Below are positions 1 through 14,500 of a stretch of 64,000 bases of DNA, piece after piece; position 1 is the first letter of the stretch; every line of letters starts with the position of its first letter. The stretch is from Camelus dromedarius (taxonomy: Eukaryota): contig NC_087437.1 of NCBI RefSeq assembly GCF_036321535.1, forward strand, positions 60,638,001 to 60,702,000. The letters run 5' to 3'. The notes below the pieces were generated by a model. That model was not told the origin of the DNA and searched no databases. It saw only the letters and a list, made by a program, of their open reading frames with translations. A program made the translations under genes and the position numbers.

Positions 1-84
1 CACTGAGCAAATATTTATTAATGCTTACTGTTAATATTCCTAGAACTGGGCAAGAGGGACCTTGGTGTTAGGTTTTGTGCTTTA

Positions 85-243
85 AAACAGTGCTTTTCCA
101 ACCTTGATGTGCACCTGAATCCCCTGGGGATCTTGTTAGATTGCTGGTTCTGATTCAGTAGGTCTGAAGTAAGGCTGCCGTTCTAACCAGCTCCCAGGTG
201 GTGCCTGTGCTGCCAGTCCAAGGACCACATTTTGAGAAGCGAG
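85..243. mobile_element. MER5-type hAT-Charlie DNA transposon relic
   Basis: Recognised MER5-like motifs (CAGTGCTTTTCCAACCTT...TTCTGATTCAGTAGGTCTG...CTCCCAGGTG...GGACCACATTTTGAGAA). Boundaries approximate. Confidence 0.7.
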
Positions 244-1402
244 CCCTCGGAGGCCTCTGCTGGAGCTCTTCTCTGACCACAGCAACCCCACAGTGGGAGG
301 AGCTGCGAGGAAAAGGGACCTGTTCACCCAAAGCCCATACCCCATCTTTTAGACCATGCTCCTGGAATTCTTATCTCAAGCAGTCCTGAGCTTTCAGGGT
401 CTGAACAGGTCTCTTCTCCAGGGCCTGCCTCCAAACTGTGGTCAAAATGTGGCCCTTGTGAGGAGGTGTAGCTGGAGCTAGATGAACAGGCAGTGTCCTC
501 TTGCATGCGCACAGGCCCTGCAAGTATGGGTTGGAGCCTGTTCCCTCTGAACCTCATATTCCAGTCTGCCGAGTCTTTATGACAGTTTATTTGTCAAAGT
601 AGGAAGACAGGACATATTTAAGTTTGTTAACTTGATTTGTAAGTTTTAAATTTGCAGCCATGTGCTAGGTGGGCCTCCATGGGTGCTCTTGTCCTGGACC
701 CCAAAAATGATTGGGTTGCGCCAGCCTGCTATGTGGACAACTGTCCAGCTCTGGCAGCCCTCTTCTTAGGGCTCTGGAAGACACAAGGAGTTCAGTTAAA
801 GCCTACTGCCCCTGCTCCTGGGCTCATTTAGTGAGGCCACTGGGCTGGTGTGTGGAAGAAGAGATAGTGAGAAGTTGAGTGACCTTCAACAAGGATGGGC
901 AGGTCCTCCTGGCTCCATAGCACATGAAGGATGGGGTCACCCCCACCTTCAGATCCCTCCCCAGGGCTTTCTTTACACGTTTGCGTTGAGGATGGATTCC
1001 TTTGGACCATGTTCTTGTACAAGATTCACACGATAGGTATACATGCTATAATTTTTTTAGAAGATATTTCAATTTGGAAAAAATAAATAAACCACTCACC
1101 TGGGATTCAGGAAACTTGAATTCTAGTTCCACTTTTGCTGTTCACCTCAGGCAAATACTTTCTCCTGTCTCAATCTCAGTTCCCAAGTCTATAAAATAGA
1201 GATTTGGATGGTCCCTCTGTGGTTCCTATCTCTAACAATTATTCTTAGACTCAAAAATCTGCCTTCCCAGGATTATTGCCTGGTTGGTGCTGAAGTGCAG
1301 AAGGGCCAGGTGGGCTCTATTTATGTCTGTCTTTCCCAGCTGATTTGAGTTGGCGCTAACAGCCCAGGAGCTATTTCACAGCCTGCACATTATTATTTGT
1401 TA

Positions 1403-1582
1403 ATGAGTCTCGAACTTACGGGTGCATCAGAACCACTGAGGGCTTATTAAACAGAGTGCTGGTCCCACCCAGAGTCTCTGATTTCACCGGGGTGGGGTGG
1501 GGCCCCAAAATGTGCATTTCTGGCAAATTCCCAGGTGATGCTGATGTTGCGTGTCAGGCCACCTCACTTTGAAGACCACTGT
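1403..1582. mobile_element. MER5A-type DNA transposon relic
   Basis: GCATCAGAACCAC...TGCATTTCTGGCAAATTCCCAGGTGATGCTGATG...CACTTTGAAGACCACTG resembles MER5A and the copies at 85-243 and 61.7-62.2 kb. Confidence 0.7.
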
Positions 1583-4500
1583 TAGGACAGTGCACACCCT
1601 GAGAGTGTGGCTGGTGCTACCCCAGCGGGCTCAGGGGTCTGAGGAGAAGGGCCAGTGGTTAGGAGGTCCTCAGGGAGGGAGCTGGGCCCAGCCTGGAAGG
1701 AGGGGCAGACCTGTAACCACGCTCCGTGCTCTCCATGGGGAGAGTGGGATGTGCAGGATGACGCGAAGTGCAGAGCCCCTGGGTCCCAACAAGGTAGCTG
1801 AGGGTGGGCATGGCATCCTGACGTCCCCCCAGCACGTGGCTCTCGCTCCTGCTGGTCCCGTGCCCCTGCGCTCCCCACCGCACGTTTCTGATTGAGGGCT
1901 TTCAGGAAGAGAAAGCACTCAAAGAGTAGCATGTGTGGTCAGAATAACCCTCTTCCACTTTCCTAGCTCGGATGTCCCCAGAAACCTCCAACTTGGCCGA
2001 AAAATCCACTTTATATTCTCTACTGTGGCCAGCCTTTAAGATATTTGGGGATGAAGAGAAGGGCCTGGTGACTTGCTGGGTGGGGCGTTCTTCTCGAAAA
2101 CCCCAATCCAGGCAGCTTCTTGGCAGACTCTGCCTGTGACCATCCAATACCCTCTCCCCTTCTTCCTTCCTAGCACACCTCAGTTTGCTTCAGAATGGCA
2201 ATGTGCCCAGCTGAAAATATTCACTTTGGATGGCCAGGCAACCCAGTGCTGGCTAATGAGACAAGTGGAAGTTACAGGGTATGGATTTCAGGAAGGCGTT
2301 TTCACAGGAACCAACTGGGCTAGCGTAGCCCTTCACCCTCTCTCTTCTCCGGCCCAGAAGCCAGACACGAGAGCTGGAAAATGCAGCAGCCATCTTGCTG
2401 TGCCAGGCAACAAGCCCACGGAAGAGGACACAGGTGAGCAGAGCCAAAAGAGGGACATGTTGGGGTCCAGCCCAGACTGGGACTGTTCTAATCTGATTCC
2501 CTGATGGCTAATCCTGTTTTATATTGTTTCAGCTGAATGTATGCCTAACAGATACAGTGCCAACAGTGGAAAGGGCCTGAGGTGGGTCCTTGGGTTCTGT
2601 CCTGGCTTTGCAGCAGGCTGTGTGACTCAGGGAAAGTGATGGTGCCTCTCTGGGCCCCTGTTTCTTCACCTGTGGGGATGAAACAGTCTCCAGGGTCTCT
2701 TGATGCCTTTTTGTGGTTCATAATCAAGAACCAGAGCTGGTCCCAGCTGAGAGTGCCAGGCCTGGGTGTAAGGGGGGATTTCAGTGATGAGGCAGGAGGT
2801 CACCTTGGGAATAGGTTACATCCTGGGGTCGGTATCGTATCAGGGTTCAGTGGAAGGGTGATCCTAGAAGTGTCAGCAATAATTCAGTTGTCATAAGCCC
2901 TTGAGCATCCCCGGAGGGGTTCACATTTGTCCCTGAAAGGAGCCCCAAGGCAGCTTGGCAGACCTATGCCCTGCACCACGGCCTGTGTCGTCACATGGAT
3001 GGCCAGTTGGAGCTCTCGCTGCTCCTGGGAAGGACAGAGCCTAGTGCCACTGCAGGAGAGAAGCCCAAGACCCTCCTGACTGATGTCGGATAGGTCATGA
3101 ATTGTCCTCTGTGATGTGTGGATTGGCTGAGGTTCTGAGGGGCAGGGCCATCCCCCCTTAGAAGTACAAGGCCTGAGGTTGTGGAAGGAAGGGGAAAATC
3201 AGAGTGCTATTATTAAAGGTTGGGAGATGGATAGAAGCTGCTCAAAACCACACCGTCTCCGACATTGGCCCAGCCACGGCCCTGTCCTGAAATGGATTCC
3301 TTAAGGCCCTTGCCAATGCTCTAAGCATCCTGAGTAAGAGCAGGGGTGAGGCCTTATTCTCAGCAAGAGGAAGAATACACCAAAAGCACCTTTTAAGGCC
3401 ATCTCCTGGGCAGAGACAAATGGCAACCATGACAGCCAAGTTCATGGTCACGTTGGTGGGAGTCAGCTCCAGAAAGCTAACCTCCCTGGAAACAACCTTG
3501 GGGCCTCATACACAGGATCCCACCACCAAGACTATGGGACTCTTCTGTCCTCTCCACCCCCATTTTCCCCACCTTCTTTGGAAAGTCTCCTCCAGGCCCC
3601 AAGCCCAGCCCTTGATGGAATCACTGTACCCCAGTAAACCAGCCTGTGACTTTGGGACACACTGCAGGGGCACAGAGGAAACCCTGCCTTTTGAAAACAT
3701 TAAATGGGCAGATTCACCTATGTCTCTCCCCTTGGGAAAAAGCTACATGTGAGTGTTGAGAGAAGAGGGAGAGTTGTAATCATGCTGATGAAAGTTACCT
3801 TCACTTTGTTTTTTTTTTTAAATTGGCCTTTCCTGGCTGAGGTATAGACTACAGTCTGATAATGAGGTGACTACCTCTATCAACCCCTCAAACCCTCAGC
3901 CTTTCTCCCCGCAAGTGCCTGAGAATTGTCAGTCACCCCACCAGCCTGTGGGCTCTCCTCTCCCCACTGTGAGCCTTGTCTTCCTCAGTTCTGCACTCCC
4001 AGCCCTACCAGAAACCCAGCTTGCTGGATAAAAGCACTAATCAATGAAAGGAGCAATGAGGCACCAAGCCCAGGCTTCCATCCTGGCCCACTGGCAGCCT
4101 TCCGCCCAAGTTTCTTTAGGCCCCACCAGGCCCACTGGTCTGCTAGAAGGCAAAGCCGAGCCCCTCATTGAGTTGCAGGCCACCTGCAGCCCCACCAGAC
4201 GCCACAGGACTGATTATGTGAACTGGTCATGTTTTTGGACTTGGACATGGAAATTTTGCAGCTCTGGGGGCAAGGGCTCATTCCTGCTCCGCCACCCAAA
4301 GCTGCCCAAGGGAAAAACTCCTTTCTGAGAGCATCTCTGCTGAGCTCCTGGAATGAAGGCCACTGGCCCCTCAGAAAGGAGCTCCTGGAAAACAAGAATC
4401 TGCAAGAGGGATGAGGCAGCAGAGTGGGATCCCACCACTGCTGTGGGGTTTTTCTCTAAGATCAGCCTGCTAGAATGTGCCTGGAGACAGCAGGTGGACA

Positions 4501-4757
4501 AATGACCAAGATGTAATAATGTTCATCCAAGAGTCTCTGTGACAGCAAAATCCTGGAAACAACCTAAATGCCCAGCATTTTATGAAATGAAATGAAAGAT
4601 GATGCATATTTTCACTCACAGTGGAATATAATGGATGATCTGCAGCAGCAAGTGAAGGACAGAGCTATATTTACCCATGTGGGAAGGTTTCCATGACATA
4701 TTGTTGAATAAAAAGAGCAGGTTATGAAACAGTATATGATTCCATTATCATAAAATA

Positions 4758-4758
<1 letters not shown>

Positions 4759-4842
<84 letters not shown>
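4759..4842 (+). repeat. (CA)n microsatellite, about 42 uninterrupted units
   Basis: Directly visible; accounts for the spurious CVCVCV ORF. Confidence 0.98.
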
Positions 4843-4845
<3 letters not shown>

Positions 4846-6659
4846 CTATCTGGAAATCTGTTCACCAAACTGGTAACAGTAACTATCTCCAGTTGGTGGA
4901 ATTTAAGGGTAATTTTTACTTTGTTCTTTAAATTCTACATTTTGGATTTTAAAGCATTCTAAGTAACTAATCGTGTTCATTTTGAATGAATAAATAAACA
5001 AGCAAACAAAAAAATAATACAAAACCTTCCAATGTCCTGATCACAGTCCCAATATCTCACACCTGCCAAGCAATTCTGAGTCAGCCGCAGCGACGAGCAG
5101 AGCAGGGCGGCAGGAGGACCAGGGTTGGAGCTACTCTGTGCTGGATGTGGATGTGGCTCTACCACGACCTGTGGGACCTTCAAGAAGCCAGTGAGCCCTT
5201 CAGAGCCTCCATTTCTTCCTGAGTGTCTGCCTCATGGGCTGGTAGGGAGACAATAAGAGTGGGTCAAGGGCCCATATGGTCTTTTGGAGGGGATGGAGTG
5301 AGGCCCTGCCTGCCCAGGCCAGTCCAGGCTCTCAAACTTAAGGCCCCCTGGACCAGGGACCCATGCCTGCGGTTCTGACCTCTGACTTCTGCAACGGAGT
5401 GGTCCTGAGCCCACCTCTTCCTGCCAGGTTGTGGGCAGATGTGAGAGGAAGAAAGAGAAATCTATGAGGACAAGCTCATCCTGAGGGAAGAAGCCAAGCT
5501 CAGTGGGGACAGCTGCAGGTGCCCCAGCACTAGAACCCACCAGCCTGGGGGATGGTGGGGGGAGGAAGGGAAGGACTTGAGCCAGAGGCCCGAGCCCAGG
5601 ATAAAACAGGCTGCTTCAGGCAAGGTGAGGACACAGAAAATCCCCTCCAGGCCCCTCCACCCACCACCCCCTTGCTTATTCACACTCTTGGCTCCAGGGC
5701 AGTTCCATCCGATTCGGCCCCTACCTCCCTCACAATTCATGGCTCACAGAAGATGCTAAAGCTGGAAGGGACCTCAATGAATCAGCTTGGCCAATGGGTG
5801 CACCCCACCCCCTCATCTTTCAGGAAACCAAGACCTACGAGGGCAGGACTTCCTGCTGATGGGATTATAGCTCCAGGCTAAAACTCAGTCTGGTTCCCAG
5901 CTCTGGGGTAACAGAACACAGTGCACAGAAACTAGCACGCACCAGTGCATTCCCTTCCACCAGAATCCCAACCCAGTTCACCACCTGGGAAAGTTTTAAC
6001 AATCATACCATGACTATGTGCCTGAGATCTTCATTGCCCACTGGACCACAGGTGATCCGGCACCCAAACCCCATTTTGAAGTCTGTTCCTAGGATCTCTC
6101 CTGGCACCACTGTCACAGGTTAGGTTCTCCAGAAAACATGCTCTGAGACAGATGTGTGTACAGATTTGTTCGGGGGTACTCTCAGGCACAGCACCCACAA
6201 GGAGGTAAGGATTCTTGGAAAGGGCAGAGAGGAGTTGAAATGCAGTGCTGTAGCAAGGGAGACCCCAGGTGATCCTACAGGGAGCTCTGATGTCCCTTCG
6301 CGGTTATCCCATCTTGCAGCAGGAGGTTCTGGCCTTTTTACTCCTACCTCAACCCTCCAGCGGATGCAGGTTTGACGGATGGGCAGGGGCATACGTGACC
6401 TTGAGCAAAGTGGCTCTCTTCAGCTGAGGGCAAGTCCCAGAGAGAAACCCATCTGGGACCAATCAACCACCAACACTCTCACCAGAGGGGGAATGAGAGC
6501 CTCAGTCCTGAAGGGGCTCTGAGCAGCGGACCAAAGGCTCCACTACAAAGAGGGAAAGAAACTTGCCTGAGACCACACAGCCAGAAAATAAAGAAGTTGA
6601 AGTCAAATCCAGATGATGGCCAAAGCCCACATCTGAATCTCGATACTGACATGAATGTC

Positions 6660-6880
6660 TAATGCTTAAAGGGTGTACGTTCTGTGCTGGGCATTGTACC
6701 AGACACTAAATTTTATCACTTATCTCTGAAAACAATCCTCAAAAGCAGGTATTGGTATTACAGCCACATTTTACAGAGGAAGAGCCTGAGGCCTGGTGAT
6801 AAGTAACTTGCCTAAGGTCACTCAGCTAATAAGCCAGGATTTGAGCCCAGGCAGTTTGACCCCAGAGACACTACATGATA
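6660..6880 (-). mobile_element. MIR SINE
   Basis: Reverse MIR core: CCACATTTTACAGAGGAAGAGCCTGAGGC...AAGTAACTTGCCTAAGGTCAC...GGATTTGAGCCCAGGCAG. Confidence 0.7.
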
Positions 6881-7932
6881 AGCCCATACTGACAAATGGG
6901 ACACTTGCCCAGTAGCCTGTGGATAACGTGCATTTTTTGAATATTTCTGGGGGGGGTAAGAGGGGAACGTGGTGAACTTGACCTCCGCAGACGGCCTACT
7001 AGTCTGCAGACTGACAGCCCGCTGAGGAGGCTGAGCCTGCCTGGGGTCTGGGTAGCCCTGCAGGCTCCCTGCTCTGAGCCTGGCTGGGGGAGTCCATGCC
7101 CCACCCCTGCTCACAGCTCAAGTCTGTGCAGAGCGGCTGGTGCTGACACCAGGCAGGTGCCCTAGGCTTCAGCCTCATGATCCCCACAGAGCTCCAGTCC
7201 TAGGACTCTGTGAGGCTCAGTTTACACAGTGGTAACCAACAGGTCATCCCCATTATCACCCTTGAATTGCTCCAGCAGGTCTCTTTGAGAGAACCTTCAA
7301 AGAGGGGGAAAAGCAATTATAATACACATTGCAAACCACAAGTGCTGGCTGTGTTCTGCAGCATCACCAGCCCCAGTAGAAATTGACCTTGGACAGCCAG
7401 CCACCCCACATTCCTCAGAAATAGTGTGTTTCCTCCCGGGGTGGGGGGCTCTCCACCTGTGACAGGCTGTCCTGGGACCCCAGATCTGTGTGCCCCAAGG
7501 CCTGGCAGCTGCATGGGGGAGTCTGACAGGGAGTTACAGACCAGGGGTCCCCTTGCTGTGTTCTCCCAGGCTCTTCTCTGTCCCACTCAATTAACGGCCT
7601 GTGTTTGGGAAGGTCGACCTCCCCCTGCCCCTGGTTCTTTAAGGGCGGAGACTGAGCCTGCCCTCAGCCCACTGCATTCCCACGGCCAGGCTTCACCAGA
7701 ACATAGCTGAGAACAACAAGGTGTTTGCTGAATGAATGAATGAACAAACAAGAGAAAATGGTAGTTTTACATTCTGGAAGTGGGCTGCTCCCCAGAGAGT
7801 TCCAGAACCCCAAGTGGCCTTGTCCTCCTTAGCAACTCCCAAACTGTGGAGCCGATAAAGAAAGCATTATTGTTGGCGTCAGGGCTGGCCAGTCCCTATC
7901 CCTGGTCCTGAGGCTGACCCCTTTCCCAGAGT

Positions 7933-8240
7933 GTGTGTATAGTTTGCTGGACAGCTTAAACAACAGAAATCTATTCTCAGTTTTGGATGCTAGAAGTCCA
8001 AGATCAGGATGTCAGCAGCGTTGGTTCCTTGACTTGTTTCACCCCAATCTCTGCCGGTACTTTCATATGCCATTCTCCACGTGTGCATGTGTCTCTATGT
8101 CCACTTTTTATATGTGACATCAGCTACATGGATTCAGGCCTTTCTCAATGACCTCATCTTAACTAATATTCAAATAAGGTCACATTCTGAGGTTAGGACT
8201 TCAACATATGAATTTGAGAGGACACAGTTCAACCCAAGAC
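7933..8240. mobile_element. MLT1-type (ERVL-MaLR) solo LTR
   Basis: CTTAAACAACAGAAATCTATTCTCAG...AAGTCCAAGATCAGG...GACCTCATCTTAACT...GACACAGTTCAACCC are typical MLT1 segments. Confidence 0.7.
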
Positions 8241-9838
8241 AGTTTGCTGCTATTCTGTTGGTTAGAGATGGGCTGAGAAGGGCTCAGTCTCTCCACCCAA
8301 CCCTCACCAGTGCTAAACTATTGAGACAGATGATGTTTGAATGAGATGTCGACCCGGATCAGACCACCTGGGCAGCACTCCCCCAGCCCTGAGATGTGCT
8401 CTGAGCCTTCACTTAACTTCCCTCATCGAAGAGGCAAAGGAGCAAACACAGACAGGTCTGACCTGCAGATAGACTGGACTGGCTCAGAGGCATTCTCTCC
8501 ACAGCTTTGGCACATCTGGGAGAGAGAGGCAGCTGGCTCTCCCAATGCCAGGGCTCTGAGCCCCAGACTTAGTGCCCCTGGGGTGTGCTCACACCCCAGT
8601 TTCCTCACATTTGTTTCTCTTCCTCCACCTCCTTTTTACCCTCTCAGCTCCAGCTGTCCTAGGGTATTGGCTGCTGGTTTCTCAAAATTAGCTTCACCCG
8701 TTGTGGGCTGGAAAGGAAGCAAATAGACAGTGGCATTTTCCAAAGATGTTGCCTTTTGTACTGTCGATCACCACATTCATGGTCATTCCATCTCTCCCTC
8801 CCGACACCCCCACTGGGGAGCTCTTTGTATCACTCCTATTCTATAGGATGGTCAAGTGAGGTGATGAAAATCAAGGGATTCACCGGGGTTTGAACTCAGG
8901 CAGAGCCAGCCCTGGCGTGTGGTGGTGGCAAGTCGGCACGCCTGCCTCCACTCGGGATGGGCAGCCTGCCTGCATCCTCCAGGACACCCCAGCCAAAGTC
9001 CAGGTGCAATTGCCCTTATCTCCTGTGCTCCAGATCTCCGCGATCATCTCAGGGCCCTGGTCAGGCGGGCCCCCAAGCCAGGGCGGGAGGCCTGGGTCAG
9101 CGTTTGTGGGAGCATGGGCTCCACACTGATAACAGAAGTGCTGGCCCTGCTCAGGTTAAAGACAAGTTGGGGACTGAGTTTATCTTTGAATTTGATAAGC
9201 TTGTCAGCCACTGGTTGCTCAGCTGAGCCTCAGTCAGGGCATGAAGTCCCTCCTTTTGAAGGGCTTCCAAGAGCTGAGAGCAGTTTCTGCCTGCAGATCT
9301 GTGCTATCAGCCCTCCTGGCTGAGGGGTCTCTGGTCCCACAGCAAAGAGTGGGTTTGACTAGGGAGGAGGGACATGCAGACTGACAAGGGCCACCTGCCC
9401 CAGCTACTAAGGCTTGGGGGATGGTTTAATTAACTTACCTTTTCAGTAAGAGACACCAACCCTGTGTGAGTGCATGTGCATGTATTCATTTGTGCGTGAT
9501 GGATGTGTGTACACCCATGTCAGCCTGTACACCTGTTTCCAGACCTTTCCTCCTGCAAAAGGACAGAGGTGCTGGTTCCCGCTCAGGAGAGAATGACGTG
9601 AAATGTCCTCACCCAGAGATGACTTAGGACTCCAACCTTTTGAAGTCCTTAACTCTTCTCTTCCTATTTCTGTTCCCTTCAAAGTCTAAAGAACTTTTTA
9701 AAACACCAGGCTTCCTCCCTCCCCACCCTAACCTTGAGTTTCTTCTGAGACTGAGAAGAACCTGCAAGAGGTGGGGTGGAGGTTGCTTTAATTGAAATGC
9801 AGCTTCTTTGCAGAGCCTCCTCTTAGGCAACTTTATGC

Positions 9839-10685
9839 ATTTTTTTTAATTGTGGTAAAATATACATAACATAAACATTTACCGTTCTAACCAGCTTTAA
9901 GTGTATAGTTCTCTGGCAATAAGTGCATTCACATTGTTCTGCAACCATCACTACCATCCATCCGTCTCCAGAACTTTTTTATCATCCCCAACTGAAACTC
10001 TGTACACATTACACACTAACCGCTCATTCCTCCCCAACCCCTGCCCCCAGACCCTGGCAACAACCATTCTACTTTCTGTCTCTATGAATTTGACTACTTT
10101 AGATATCTCATATAAGTGGAATCATTGTCATTTTTTGTGACTGGCTTATTTCATATTTCACTTAGAATAATATTTCAAGATTCATTCATGTTGTGTATGT
10201 CAGAATTTCATTCCTTTTTAAGGCTAAATAATATTCCGTCATATGTCTATACTACATTTTGTTTATATATTCATCTGTTGATGGACACTTGGGTTGCTTC
10301 CATCTTTTTAATGCTATGTGCACAACTAACTTCTCGAGTTGCTGCTTTCGATTCTTTTGTGTATATACCCAGAAATAGAATTGCTCGATCACATGGTAAC
10401 TTCATGTTTAATTTTTTAAGGAATTGCCATATTGTTTTCCACAGAGGCTGCACCATTTTACATTCCCACCAACAATGCACAAGGGTTCTGATTTCTCCAT
10501 ATCCTCTCCAGCATTCATTTTATTTTTCTTTTTTGTAACAGCCATCCTAATGGATGTGAACAGGTATCTCATTGTGGTTTTGGTTTGCATTTCCCTAATG
10601 ATTAGTGATGTTGAGCATCTTTTCATGTGTTTACTGGCCATTGATATATCTTCTTTAGAGAAATATCTATCCAAGTCCTTAGACA
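9839..10685 (-). mobile_element. LINE-1 3' fragment (ORF2 C-terminus plus 3' UTR, L1MB-like)
   Basis: Minus-strand ORFs give [14 protein letters not shown] and [25 protein letters not shown], characteristic L1 ORF2 C-terminal peptides; T-tract at the left end. Confidence 0.9.
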
Positions 10686-11579
10686 ACGTAAGATTTTTTT
10701 TTGAAACTCCTCTTTTTGATGCTCTGAAGGTTGTCATTGGGACTATTTCTCTTTGAGATTTCTCACAGCCCATCCTGGGGCAAGATTTCCTCCCCAACCA
10801 GACATTCCTGTGGGAACGGGAGAAGTTTCAGCCAGCCTGGAACCTGGCCTGGAGAACTTGTGGTCTCAAGAATTCAAACCTCGAGAAGGCTAGAAACTCG
10901 GGTTGAACTGAGCCAGTTTCTGGATGGCTCAGCTCAGGGATGTCAGGTTTGACGGGGTTTTGCCTGGGCTGGGAGGGCAGCTGACCCAGGGCCTGGAACT
11001 GGGAATGGGCAGTGCCCGCCTCCAGAGCAGCCTTTGGGCTCCCAGTCACTTGAGATTTTCTCGGGAGATTGCTACCCACAGATCCCATGACAGCTCGGGT
11101 CACTCAGCACAGTCTCAGACCTTTCTGCTGATAGTAAAGATTGCAATCAGGTTTGTATCCAGAAGTTGGTATTTCAGGACTGAGTTTATCATCCACCTCA
11201 ATTCAGAGTTTATCATCATTATCAACCTACAAGGTCCTTCTCTTGTTTTATTTATTTACTATCCCCTTTTATCTCTGGGCCCAATTCCTGCCCCCATTTC
11301 TCCCCAACCCCACCATGGTCATCCATTCTACTGTGTTTGATGTGTATCCTTACTTTTGTGTAAAGCGAGTGTGTTTTCATGGGTACGTGTCTTTAACTAT
11401 ACATCGTCCTGTGCTAATAAATCTCATTCGCCTTCTCACTTTATCTACCGCTTAACGCCATGTTTTAAAAACTAATCCAGCTTCCATCATACACTTCTAA
11501 CTCATAGAGGATGCCGCCCCAGCTTTCGCCTCTGGGAGGTGGCCAGCTAGGTGCCTCCATCTCTTGATATACCTTCACT

Positions 11580-14500
11580 CTTAAGCTGGTTAACTGAGTC
11601 AATCAAATCATCTGTATCTTTGCTTTTTGAGGGTTTCTCCTTCTTTTTTTTAAACTCTCTCTTCCTAAGGCAATGGCTTCATTAAAATCTCCAACTACAG
11701 TTGTTGAGCTGTTTCTTCCTGCAGGTCTGTCGGTTGTTGCTTTATGTATTTTAAGGCTACTGTTAGATGCATCTGTTCATGGTCATTTTACCATATGTTT
11801 GATAATATGATTGTTTTTACCTTAGTTATGTTTTGTTGGTTATTAATATTTTTACTCTGCATTCTTTGGTTCATATTTACCTGGTACATCTTTTTTTCTG
11901 TTTCTTTTCAGTCTGTATCATTTTATTTTCAAGCGTATCCCTTACGTTTGCGGTATCAACACTAAGAGTTTCTGTCTAGATTTCTACTGCCCTTGTGTAT
12001 AATTAGTGACATTTTATTTATAATTATTATTAATACTGTTATATTAGGACTTATCTCTGGCTTATTTTATATATTCTATTTACCATACATCTTATTGTTG
12101 CTTTTTCCTTTCCTGCCTTCAACTAAATAGTCCAATTTTCTTCTGCCAGTTTGAAAGTGTTTTTTTAACCATATAAAATACGTATCTGTGAATGACTGAA
12201 TAAATAAATGGGAGGAAAGGGATAAATCTCCCTTACAGGAGAATTTAAATAATAAATGCAGAAGGAATGAGTGAAATAGAAAATCACCATTAGAATACTG
12301 CATAGTCATTCCCGCAGGTAAGACCCACAAGTAAATGCTAAAATTAGTGAAAACTGTAAGAAGCAGCAGAATATTTGCATAGATTCAAAGTATTTCTTCT
12401 GAAATATTGTTAATTACTGCACTGGTTTTAACAGTTTTCTTGGATACTCCTCCCTCAGGGATAAGGAGTTTAACTCCTCTCCCCTTGAGATGGGCTAGAC
12501 TTAGTGACTGGCTTCTCAAGAATAGAAATGGAAAGAGAAAAACAGTAATATTACAGGAGAGAAGCCTGACAGACACCACGCTGACCAAATGAACAAGATT
12601 AATGTTACCAGTAATAAATCACATTGATACCAGTCCTATACGATTTGATGAGGAATCAGAAGATTGTGCAAATGTACCCTCTGGCATTCTCCCCCCACAT
12701 CCACGATCCCAGTCTAATCATGAGAGATATCAGACAAACCCAAACTGAGAGAGGTTCTATGAAATTCCTGACCAGTGTTCTTCAAAACTTAAGGTCATGA
12801 GAAACAAGCAAAGACAGATACAACGGCAAATTGTAGAAATCTAAGGTGTAATGATGACTAAGTACATCACACTGTCCTTATGGGATCCTGGAACACAAAG
12901 GGTGCATTAGTGGAAAAACGTGAAATCTGAATAAAGTCTGCAGGTTAGTTAATAGTGTCATACCAATGTTAATTTCTTAGTTTTAGTGAATGTACCAAGG
13001 TTATCTAAGATGTTAACATGAAGGGAAGCTGTGCCACCTGGGCTATCTTTACAATTCTTCTGCAAATCTAAAATTATTTCTAAATAGAAGTTTTAAAAGT
13101 ACAGCTATATATGAAAAGCATAAAGAAATAATAAAGCAGCCACAGAAATGAGAAATAATAAAGCAATCAGAGATGTATGAAGTTAATATTTTTTTGAAAT
13201 GAAAAATATAATTCTTAAAGTATCAATTAGGCACAGATAAGGGAATTGGAAGTTAATAAACTACCAAAGGTGCAACACTGAGAGATAAGTAAAGGGAGAC
13301 CCTAAAGGAAGCACTAATTGAGAGATACAGAGGTTAGGATAAAAAGCTCTAATATAAGCATGTGTATATAATCAGATCCTCAAAAATGGAGAATAGAGAG
13401 AATGAAGGAAAGAAAGTACTTAAAGGGATAATGGCTGTAAAATTTTTAGAACTAGTAAAAAACATGGTATCAGAGGGCCAGGAACAAAAATGCATACTTA
13501 GCAGGATAAGTAAAAATAAATCCATATTTAGACACAGCTCAGTAAAACTGAAGACACAAAAGACAAAGATAAGACTTTAAAGATGCCAGAGAGAAAGGAC
13601 AAAGAATCCGCAATTAGAAAGACAATGAACTCCTCAGCAGTAATGACAGAAGTCAGAAGTTCGTGAATACAATCTTGCAAATGCCGATAGAAAAAAAAAA
13701 AGATCAGCCTAGAATTATGAACCCTGTGAAATTATCTTCCAAGATTGAGGGTGGTAAAAATTGAGTTTACCATCAAGAAACCTACACTATAGAGTGAAAA
13801 AATGACCTCACAAGAGCAGATTAAGCTGTAAGATGAAGGAAGGAATGCTGAGTAAGAAAATGGAAATTATATATATAAACCAAACAACCACTGTCTTTAA
13901 AAATAATAGTAATTTGTATAGATATTACCACCCTCAGAGGTTGTGCCAGTTTACATGGCCACCAGCAACACAAGAAAATACCCATTTCTCCATCTCTTTA
14001 ATAATTTAATGGTGTAAATCTCTAGTAATCTGTCACCAGACTCTATAATTTCCTAAATAAATGGGTAAAAATGGTATCTCAGTGAGTTTTAGTTTATATG
14101 TCTTTTAGTATGTATCTGTTGACATGTTATAGTTATTCTTTCCTAATTTTTTTATTTGTCTGTGATTATGGTATCTTTTGCCCCAGAGAATTTGTTTACT
14201 TTCATTTTCTCCTTTTTTTTTTTTTAAGGCTTCTGAGTGTTTAAAGCCATATTTAGAAGTGCTTTCTCATCAGCAAAACTATTTTTTAATTCTTCTATTG
14301 TTTCCTCAGTATTTTGTGGTTTCATTTTTAAAATATTTTCATATTTGTCCATCTCAGATGCTCTTGCTGTGAAGGATGAAGTATTGATAAAAGTCTTATT
14401 TTTTTCCCAGTGACTACCCTGTTTGCCTAGCAGTTTTATACTGAATAGTTTTCTACCACTGATTTGGAGTTTTGACTTTATCATATCCTAAGTTCTCTGA

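Noticed and set aside
2400..2590. Splice-like signals (ACAG|GTGAGC near 2433, TTTCAG near 2532, GAG|GTGGGT near 2581) suggesting a small exon
   Set aside because: Such motifs occur by chance; no coherent ORF and no transcript evidence available.
1..9800. Possible 3' exons of MELTF, the expected upstream neighbour in human synteny, or another gene
   Set aside because: No ORF resembles transferrin-family sequence or any protein I recognise; MELTF probably lies outside the window.
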